Source: an uncultured Eubacteriales bacterium
Lineage (GTDB): Bacteria > Bacillota > Clostridia > Christensenellales > CAG-138
DNA: 64,000 bases
Reading direction: 5' to 3'
NCBI GenBank assembly: GCA_900545265.1
Contig: UQYI01000002.1
Location: forward strand, 16,472 to 80,471
The notes beneath the pieces were generated by a model. That model saw only the letters and a list, made by a program, of their open reading frames with translations, had not been told where the DNA came from and searched no databases. Shown here in pieces: positions 57,135 through 64,000 of this stretch; position 1 is the first letter of the stretch; each line of letters opens with the position of its first letter. The position numbers and the translations under genes were made by a program.

Positions 57135-57464
57135 GTGCCGAAACATGACTTCGGGATCCTTCCGGCTGCCCCACGGCAGGGCAAAAGATATGATGCATAC
57201 GAACCGCAGAAATATGCCTGCATTTCTGTAGACGATGCCTGTATAGCCGGCATTGCGGAAAAGCTGATGTCCTTTGATTCCTATCGGTCCACGCTTTCCG
57301 TTAAGGGCCGGGGGCTTGCATACTGCGGCATTACGCTTATACCCCCGTCTTCACTGAATGCCTTTATCCGGTCAATCGGGGATGATATCTGTTTGTCTCC
57401 GCTGAAAAACCTGCTGGAAACCGCATTGACCGAGGGCAAATGGGTCATTCATTACGGGATATAA
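57135..57464 (+). CDS. Hypothetical protein (109 aa)
   Basis: GTG start with a GGAGA RBS 10 nt upstream. Sequence features (YEPQKYACISVDD..GLAYCGITLIPPSSL..WVIHYGI) recall an uncharacterised Firmicute family, but I cannot name a family. Confidence 0.45.
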   Translation: MPKHDFGILPAAPRQGKRYDAYEPQKYACISVDDACIAGIAEKLMSFDSYRSTLSVKGRGLAYCGITLIPPSSLNAFIRSIGDDICLSPLKNLLETALTEGKWVIHYGI

Positions 57465-57825
57465 TAGTGCTTTGCCCGGCAGCGCATATGTGGAGCTTTC
57501 TGCGCTGCACAAAACAAACGGCATGACCGCAAAACGCCGAAACTGATACAATTTAATCCCACCGGTTTTGTCGTTTGAGGGATAAGTTGTAAAAGTCACG
57601 TTGGCCCGATTGTTTTTGTCAGCGAAAAGGAGCATATCTGAGCATTATAGGACGGAGTTCTATTATGCATTTTGCGTCAGGAGCAGAAATGCATTGTCGC
57701 TGGCGAACCTGAACTGAGATTGCATCGCAGTGTTCTTGCATGTCCAAATAAAGACGCCGGAACGATGCGGATGCAGCTTAATATAATATCCCGGATTTGT
57801 TTATGCCTTAAGCAGGAGAAATAGT

Positions 57826-58677
57826 ATGCCAAGAAGTAAAACAATTAAGCTCTTTCTAATGGATGGAGAACCCAGCGGGAGAATGAAATGCTCTCTTGCC
57901 AACTGGACCGGAATTGCATATAAGATTCCTCGTACTGCGTTGGATAAGTGTAAGGATTTAGATATTCTCAAACAAAGCGGGGTTTATTTCCTGTTTGGCA
58001 CTGACAAATCGGATAATGCCGTCGTGTATATAGGGCAGGCCGGAGCACGTAAAAATGGCAAAGGTCTTCTGCTTCGTATTCAGGAACCGCATGCCTCCAT
58101 TGACTATTGGACCGAAGCGGTAATGTTCACGACAACGAACAATTCGTTTGGTCCAACAGAGATAAGCTACCTTGAAAATCGCTTCTGCAATATGGCTGTT
58201 CAGTCTGGACGCTATGTTGTAAAAAATGGAAATGACCCGAATCCCGGAAACATCACAGAGGAAACCGAAAGCGAGCTTGAAGAGTTTATTGACTACGCTA
58301 AGATCGTAATGGGAACGCTTGGTCATAAGGTCTTTGAGCCTTTTGCACCATCTTCCGAAGTGGAAGATGAGGAACCTGTCCTTTATTTGGAATATGGAAA
58401 AGGAATAGCTTCCGGCAAAAGAACCAGCGACGGCTTTGTGATTTTTAAGGGAAGCGCTGTCAATCCGTCTTTAACAAAGAGTTGCCCTGAGAGGACAATA
58501 AAGGATCGAAAAAAGTATGCCAGCAAAATCAACAAAAATGGTGTCCTTATTTCAGATATCCTTCTATCAAGCCCGTCATCTGCTGCCGGTTTTGTTGGGG
58601 GAGCATCTTTGAGCGGGAATGCCCTCTGGAAGGATTCTAACGGTAAAACACTGAAGGAATTGCTTGAAACAGAATGA
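57826..58677 (+). CDS. GIY-YIG nuclease-domain protein with C-terminal DUF4357
   Basis: GVYFLFG-x12-VYIGQA (GIY...YIG), downstream R and E (YLENRF). The C-terminus DGFVIFKGS...SSPSSAAGFVGGASLSGNALWKDSNGKTLKEL matches the DUF4357 signature. The gene is visibly AT-rich relative to its flanks. Confidence 0.75.
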   Translation: MPRSKTIKLFLMDGEPSGRMKCSLANWTGIAYKIPRTALDKCKDLDILKQSGVYFLFGTDKSDNAVVYIGQAGARKNGKGLLLRIQEPHASIDYWTEAVMFTTTNNSFGPTEISYLENRFCNMAVQSGRYVVKNGNDPNPGNITEETESELEEFIDYAKIVMGTLGHKVFEPFAPSSEVEDEEPVLYLEYGKGIASGKRTSDGFVIFKGSAVNPSLTKSCPERTIKDRKKYASKINKNGVLISDILLSSPSSAAGFVGGASLSGNALWKDSNGKTLKELLETE

Positions 58678-58870
58678 ATCTTGGTTATTCCGTATTAGAA
58701 GCGGCCAGCAACAATCAAATAAGCAGAAAAGGACTTCCGAAGTTCCGCCGCAAAACGCAGCGAAATCTCGAAAGTCCTTTATTTCAAACCTTTTCAACGC
58801 TTATATGTACCGAAAAACAAAATCTTTAAAAGCCGCTTATGCCCCTTTTACAGGGAGAAAGCTGTTTGAT

Positions 58871-59827
58871 TTAGTGCATGCCGGTATCCAATGCGGTCTG
58901 TGCCTGCTGGATAAAGTCCCGGGCGGCATTGGAAAGATAACATTCCTTATCCCGGGCAATGACAATGGTCTGGGTGGTCAGTTCGCTTTTGATGGGGAAA
59001 AAGTCCACCGGGCGGCTCCGGGCATCCTGAGGCAGTCCCGGCAGAATGGAGCGGCTGGTCAGGAACAGTTCCGGATACACCGTGATCCCCAGCCCCTGCA
59101 TGGAAAGAGCAAAGGCCGTTTGGATATTCCGGGTTTCCAGCAGGATATGGGGGCGTACGCCGCTCTGTGTGCAGAGCCTGTCTGTCAAGCGGCGGATACG
59201 GTCATCCTTGGCCAGAAGAATAAAGGGCAGCTCTTTGAATTCCCCGATATCCGCCCCGGACGCAAACTCCCGGCGCTTTGCTTCCGCTTCCCCGCCGTAA
59301 AGAGAATCCATAAAATGCTTGGGTACTACAAAGAACAGCCTCTCCCGGCCGATCTCCACCACTTCCGCAGAATCCAGGCGAATAGGGGCGTAGTCGATAA
59401 GCAGATCCAGCATCCCTTTGCCCAGGCTGGTCTGCAATTCCGAAGAACTGCCCTCCAGCAGCGAGATAGTGATCCTGGGATGGTTTTTATAGAAAGGCGG
59501 CAGCAGCAGGGGCAGCACCGCCTGCCCCCGGGTGTAGGAAACGCCGATACGCAGCTCCCCGGTGGCGCTGTTGTTGATATCATCCAGTTCCACCTGCAGC
59601 TGCCTGCGGATCTCTCCGATCTCCCGGCTGGCCTGCTGGAGCCGTTTGCCTCCCAATGTTAAAGAAAGACGGGGCGTCCGGTGAAAGAGCCTGGTGCCCA
59701 GCTCCTTTTCCAGCTTGTTGACATGGTGGGACAAAGCCTGTTCGGATATATGGAGCCGCTCGGCAGCCCGGGTAATGTTCAGTTCCTCCGCCACCACCAA
59801 AAAGTATTGCAGGTTTTGAAAATTCAT
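58871..59827 (-). CDS. LysR-family transcriptional regulator
   Basis: N-terminal wHTH (LQYFLVVAEELNITRAAERLHISEQALSHHVNKLEKELG) plus a LysR substrate-binding domain. Confidence 0.88.
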   Translation of the reverse strand: MNFQNLQYFLVVAEELNITRAAERLHISEQALSHHVNKLEKELGTRLFHRTPRLSLTLGGKRLQQASREIGEIRRQLQVELDDINNSATGELRIGVSYTRGQAVLPLLLPPFYKNHPRITISLLEGSSSELQTSLGKGMLDLLIDYAPIRLDSAEVVEIGRERLFFVVPKHFMDSLYGGEAEAKRREFASGADIGEFKELPFILLAKDDRIRRLTDRLCTQSGVRPHILLETRNIQTAFALSMQGLGITVYPELFLTSRSILPGLPQDARSRPVDFFPIKSELTTQTIVIARDKECYLSNAARDFIQQAQTALDTGMH

Positions 59828-60004
59828 AAGGGAACCAGCTTTCCTTTGCAGATATAAATAGTATATCCTGCCCCGGGAAAGAAGTCAACGGCCGCCCCAA
59901 AGTCCGCCGGGCATCCACATGCCCCATGGATGGCAGGGGTTCGTTTTTATGCCGGCATACCGGGCCTGCGAGAGCTCGGAGCATGCTCCCTGCGAAACGG
60001 AATC

Positions 60005-60127
60005 TGCCGGGAAGCGAAGGCGGGGGCGCACTGCGTGCCTGACGGCACGCCTGCGGGGCATCCGCCCCGCAGAGTTCCAGCGGCCGAGCCGCCGGAACGT
60101 GCGCCCCCGGGCTCCGTATACGAACCC
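60005..60127 (-). repeat. Structured GC-rich intergenic repeat, copy 3, inverted orientation (core 60022-60108)
   Basis: Its reverse complement aligns with copies 1 and 2 across the closing stem and all three hairpins. Confidence 0.8.
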
Positions 60128-60273
60128 GGCCGGTCTTCCGGCGTCCCCCGGCTCCGTTTACCGGAAAAGCTTCTTTTCTCCGGAAGATCCCATCAAAAAA
60201 GAGACCTTTCAAGACCTCTTTACCGCATCAGTCCGCTGCGCTTATACCTGTATCAAATTCATGTTAACACTGC

Positions 60274-61611
60274 TTACACCACCAGATCCCCGTTTTCGGA
60301 ATCTATCACCTGAAAGATCTGTTCCTCCTCACCGGTAAGGGCATTGATGTACACGATATAAAAATCCTCTCCCAAAGTCCCCTTGCACTCATAGCAGAGG
60401 ACCTCCGTTTCCCCTGTCAGGGGGATCAGCGCCAGACTGATCTTTTCCACCTGAATGGCCGTATTCAGCCGCTCCTGCGCCTGCTCCCGAGTCAATTGAG
60501 GGAGTGACAGCGTCCGCTCCCTGTGATTGGCATAGTAGTTCCGGGCGTCCATACCGCATACCTCTCCGGTATCCCGGTCCACGTATACCTTTATGAGATC
60601 ACTGTACAAAATGACCTCCTCCTGCCGGGCAGCATAGTTAAGCACCACCACCCCCGCATAATACTGCGCATAGGAGGGTTCCATGTCTCCAAAGCCCATC
60701 TGCTGCAGATAGGCCTGCGCCCGTCCATGAAGAGAACGGCTCTCCTCCTGGCTGGGTGGATCCTGTTTCTGCCCCGTAACCGGACTCATAAAGCACAGCA
60801 GCTTCCCGCCCCGCTCCGTTAAAGAGAGTGTGGTCTCTCCACCGTTCTCTCCGGCAAGCGTATACTCATAGGTCGCCATGGGTCCGGCCACGTATCCGCT
60901 GTACTGCAGTTCTCCTTCCGGAAACAGGGCCCGGGCAGCGCTGCGGGCCTCCTCCTCTCCTATGCGGCTGTCCGTGAGCCCCCTGGGATCCCGGTTCTCA
61001 CTGCTTTGAGAGAAAGGGCCGTCATAGATCAGGGTGGGGTAATCCGGCAGATCCTCCCGCGCCTCCTCCGTTTCTCCATAATAGCCGCCTTCTTCCAAAG
61101 CGGCCTGCGGATAGCTGCCGGAGGCAATGGTCTGTACCAGCCGCTCCGATTCTGCGGCGCACTGGCTGCGCAGGGAAGTCAGCTGTTCCATATCTCCATC
61201 GGTCAAAGCCCTGCCCGAAAGCAGTCCCCGCAGCAGCTCATGGGCGTAGTCTCCCGCCCGCAGCAAAAACTGGTTCAGCCGGTAGCTGTCCCCGTGAGCG
61301 GCGGGCAGCAGGGATAAAGAGGAAGCAGCGCTGCCGGAAAGCCGCCAGAGCTCCCCCAGCAGCAGGGCGCTCTGTTTTTTGGATCCTGCCGCTCCCAGTT
61401 TGGACAGAGCCGTTTCCATATCCCGCAGATCCCCCTCCAGATCGTAACAGCTGCGCTTCATTCCGTCCAGCCGTTCCGCTTCCAGCGTTTGCCGCTGCTG
61501 CCGTTCCTGCCCCCAAAGGGCACCCAGAACCGCCAGCGCGGCCCCCAGCACCCCGCACAAAACCTGAAAAAACACCCGTTTGCCCCGGTCTGTCAAACGC
61601 ACCTTTTTCAT
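60274..61611 (-). CDS. ypeB: Germination protein YpeB
   Basis: N-terminal TM, the YpeB N-region, and C-terminal PepSY-like repeats. Located immediately downstream of sleB, as in Bacillus. Confidence 0.8.
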   Translation of the reverse strand: MKKVRLTDRGKRVFFQVLCGVLGAALAVLGALWGQERQQRQTLEAERLDGMKRSCYDLEGDLRDMETALSKLGAAGSKKQSALLLGELWRLSGSAASSLSLLPAAHGDSYRLNQFLLRAGDYAHELLRGLLSGRALTDGDMEQLTSLRSQCAAESERLVQTIASGSYPQAALEEGGYYGETEEAREDLPDYPTLIYDGPFSQSSENRDPRGLTDSRIGEEEARSAARALFPEGELQYSGYVAGPMATYEYTLAGENGGETTLSLTERGGKLLCFMSPVTGQKQDPPSQEESRSLHGRAQAYLQQMGFGDMEPSYAQYYAGVVVLNYAARQEEVILYSDLIKVYVDRDTGEVCGMDARNYYANHRERTLSLPQLTREQAQERLNTAIQVEKISLALIPLTGETEVLCYECKGTLGEDFYIVYINALTGEEEQIFQVIDSENGDLVV

Positions 61612-61650
61612 GCCATATGTTTCTCCGCTCTCTTCTCTCTTGCCGGGCTT

Positions 61651-62310
61651 TTACCGGCAGAATACATGGTCGCCTATGCGCAGGGCCACCGGCTTGCTCA
61701 GCATCCACTTATTGGTGGTAGTGGCCGGATTGTAATAGTACAGACAGCCGCCTGTGGGATCATAGCCGTTCATGGCGTCCCGGGCCGCCCGCAAGCAGGA
61801 ATCCGAAGGCTCCAGATCGATCTGCCCATCGCTTACGGCGTCAAAAGCACCCCGCTGATAGATGACTCCCGCAATGGTATTAGGGAATTTGCTGGACTTC
61901 ACCCGGTTGAGGATCACCGCCCCCACGGCCACCTGTCCCTTATAGCTTTCGCCCCGGGCCTCGCCGTTGATGCACCGTGCCAGCAGATTTATGTTGCTGT
62001 TTTCCGAAGAAGAAACGCTGCCGCTGCTGCCGCTGCCGGAAAGCTGCATGCCCAGCGCCGCTGCCGTTTTTTCCCCTACGATGCCGTCGGCGTCCAAGCC
62101 GTTCTTTCTTTGAAACTTTTTTACCGCCTCCAGCGTACCGCTGCCGAAGATACCGTCCACCGTCCCGTCATAATAGCCCCACTGGCGGAGCTTCTTCTGC
62201 AGGGCCGTTACCTCTTCCCCCCGGTCTCCCTGCCGCAGGGCTGCCCCGTAGACCAGCAGAGGCATGAGCAGGGCCATGGCCAGGCACAGCCATATATATC
62301 GCCGCTTCAT
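61651..62310 (-). CDS. sleB: Spore cortex-lytic enzyme SleB
   Basis: Signal peptide, a PG_binding_1 domain (GDRGEEVTALQKKLRQWGYYDGTVDGIFGSGTLEAVKKFQRKNGL), and the Hydrolase_2 catalytic domain (ARCINGEARGE..AVGAVILNR). The ATG at 62310 overlaps the spoIIR stop. Confidence 0.85.
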   Translation of the reverse strand: MKRRYIWLCLAMALLMPLLVYGAALRQGDRGEEVTALQKKLRQWGYYDGTVDGIFGSGTLEAVKKFQRKNGLDADGIVGEKTAAALGMQLSGSGSSGSVSSSENSNINLLARCINGEARGESYKGQVAVGAVILNRVKSSKFPNTIAGVIYQRGAFDAVSDGQIDLEPSDSCLRAARDAMNGYDPTGGCLYYYNPATTTNKWMLSKPVALRIGDHVFCR

Positions 62311-62861
62311 TGAAACCATCCCGGAAAGGCGGCCTTCAGCAGAGCCAATACGTCGCTTTCAAAGGAAAGCGCATCCAGATCCACCGGTTCCCCCTCCTCC
62401 GTCACCAGGCACAGGGGGGGAAAGAGCACGCACCACCAGTTGTGCCCGCCGCCTTCCCCCAGAACCACTTCCAATGCGTCATAGGTACCGGCGGGGTACA
62501 GCGTATCCGCATACACCCGGTCCGGAAAGGTCTGCTTCCCCAGCAGCAGGCTGGCGCCATAGGTCTCTCCCCGCCGGACCAGCACCGCTTCGCAGGTCTG
62601 CTGCACCTCCTGTCCGTGGGCCAGCACATAGGCACGGGCTTCCTCATAGCTGCCGCAGGCGCTGAACAGGGGCAGCAGCGCGTCCCGTACCATCCGTTTG
62701 GTCTGCTGATCCCAGGCGCTGTCGCTGTTGGCCTTTATATGCAGGCGCAGGATCCCTTCCGTGCTGCTTATGACCTGCCGTGCCTCCGGCTTATTCCACA
62801 GCAGCAGAGCGCTCATGGCCAGCAGCAGAAGCAGCGCTGCCCGCAGCGTTTTTCTTTTCAT
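62307..62861 (-). CDS. spoIIR: Stage II sporulation protein R
   Basis: Signal/TM segment followed by LRLHIKANSDS..DQ..K..VRD and GEGGGHNWWCVLFPPLC, hallmark SpoIIR motifs. Confidence 0.85.
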   Translation of the reverse strand: MKRKTLRAALLLLLAMSALLLWNKPEARQVISSTEGILRLHIKANSDSAWDQQTKRMVRDALLPLFSACGSYEEARAYVLAHGQEVQQTCEAVLVRRGETYGASLLLGKQTFPDRVYADTLYPAGTYDALEVVLGEGGGHNWWCVLFPPLCLVTEEGEPVDLDALSFESDVLALLKAAFPGWFQ

Positions 62862-63033
62862 ATGCGTATACCTCCCGAATATCCTTTCGGATCTGTTTTT
62901 CCTCAGTATGCCCGTCTTGCAAAGGTGTTAAACCGTTTTTTACCGTAAATTCAAATGCACTCCAAAAGAAATCTTGCTTCATTTCCCCTTTTGGCCCTAT
63001 ACTGATACCATCATTATAAAGGAGATCCGTTCC

Positions 63034-63618
63034 GTGCACTGCCATGCTCCCTGGAAAGAGTTCCTCCGGGCTCTCGGCGGCTATTGCCAGGCCGTCACCG
63101 GACTGCTGCCGCCGGAAGAAAGCTTTCGGCTCACCCGGCAGGGAGATCTGTCCCTCAGTGCCTATGTGCGCTTGGACGCCCCTGCCGCCGCCGCTGCGCT
63201 TACCGAAGGCCGGGCCCGTTGCCTTTGGATGGGTACGCCCCTGCTGGAACGGGTGCAGGCGGAAAAAGGCTGGCTCATCTTTACCTTTACCGATGGATTT
63301 TTCCGGCAGCTCCTGACTCTGGGGGAAAGTCTTCCCGCCCCGCCGCCGGAAGAAAGCCACCTGTGCAACCGGCTTTGGCTGCTGGCTCAAAAAGGCCCTG
63401 CCCCCTGCCCCCGGGAACCTCGGGTTCGCCGGGCGCTAATATCCGCTTTTTATGCCTGGGGCACGGGGCGCCGGGAAAAGGAGCTTCCCTGCCGCCTGCG
63501 CAGCATGACGCACATTGCACCGGATGCCGCCCGCCTGGAGCTGGAAGCCGAATGCGGCTCTGCCGCCCGGGCGTTGCTGGGGTTTCTATATATCCCGGTT
63601 ACACATTCTTCCCTATAG
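63034..63618 (+). CDS. Hypothetical protein with arginyl-tRNA-synthetase N-terminal (Add1)-like pattern
   Basis: GTG start 9 nt after AAGGAG. FRLTRQGDLSLSAYVRLD...VQAEKGWLIFTFTDGFF resembles the ArgRS Add1 domain pattern. The rest is helical and unassigned. Confidence 0.4.
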   Translation: MHCHAPWKEFLRALGGYCQAVTGLLPPEESFRLTRQGDLSLSAYVRLDAPAAAAALTEGRARCLWMGTPLLERVQAEKGWLIFTFTDGFFRQLLTLGESLPAPPPEESHLCNRLWLLAQKGPAPCPREPRVRRALISAFYAWGTGRREKELPCRLRSMTHIAPDAARLELEAECGSAARALLGFLYIPVTHSSL

Positions 63619-63630
63619 AAAGGAGCCTGT

Positions 63631-64000
63631 ATGAAACTCACCTGGTACGGCCACGCCTGTTTTCTGCTGGAAAGCGACGGCTGGATGCGCCTGCTGACGG
63701 ATCCCTATCCCCAGAGCATTTACCCTCACGGTCTGCCCCTTTGCGATGCCGTCACCGTTTCTCATGAACACTATGACCATAACGATACAGCCTCCCTTCC
63801 CGGTACGCCCGTCGTATTCCGGGGCACGGGCTCCCATACCCTGGGGGATATTCGTTTGCAAGGCCTTTCCTCCTTTCATGACGAAGTGCAGGGAGCCAAA
63901 AGGGGACAAAATACCGTTTTCATCTTTGAAACCGGCGGACTGCGTCTGGCCCATCTGGGGGATCTGGGGCATATGCCGGAAGGCTCTCTTCTGGCTGCTT
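63631..64000 (+). CDS. MBL-fold metallo-hydrolase (UPF0173-like), 3' end beyond the window
   Basis: MKLTWYGHACFLLESDG..LLTDPY..VTVSHEHYDHND. AGGAG RBS. Confidence 0.8.
   Translation, partial: MKLTWYGHACFLLESDGWMRLLTDPYPQSIYPHGLPLCDAVTVSHEHYDHNDTASLPGTPVVFRGTGSHTLGDIRLQGLSSFHDEVQGAKRGQNTVFIFETGGLRLAHLGDLGHMPEGSLLAA

Overview
GC-rich chromosomal segment from an endospore-forming Firmicute (Clostridia; the gene content looks Oscillospiraceae/Ruminococcaceae-like, though that is only a guess). Most of the window is conserved housekeeping backbone on the minus strand. Block 1 is rny, then polC-ispG-rseP-dxr-cdsA-uppS-(small ORF)-frr-pyrH, and after a gap tsf-rpsB. Block 2 is mnmE / jag-yidC-yidD-rnpA-rpmH plus a carD-like gene. 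Sporulation and germination genes are also present (spoVAD-spoVAE; spoIIR-sleB-ypeB).

Accessory or less ordinary content:
- About 9 kb of cell-surface genes sit between pyrH and tsf: a phosphodiester-glycosidase lipoprotein, sortase B, a 1336-aa repeat adhesin ending in a VPSTG sorting signal, a twin Ig-like membrane protein and bioY.
- A tightly packed six-gene dlt-like operon: transglutaminase-like protein, SGNH/DltD-like protein, lipoprotein, adenylating enzyme, carrier protein, MBOAT.
- A PHP-phosphoesterase + Fe3+/AEP-type ABC importer operon, feoAB, and an SPFH + ribbon-helix-helix pair.
- A small AT-rich islet carrying a solitary GIY-YIG/DUF4357 nuclease bracketed by 11-bp direct repeats.
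- A mini divergent HTH module.

The observation I cannot map to a named element is a family of three intergenic GC-rich repeats (about 38.1, 49.1 and 60.05 kb). Their roughly 87-nt cores fold into a four-way-junction cloverleaf, and the differences between copies fall in loops or are G-U compatible on one strand.

No rRNA, tRNA, CRISPR array, transposase or integrase could be supported. Many long ORFs in the supplied track are antisense artefacts of the high GC content.
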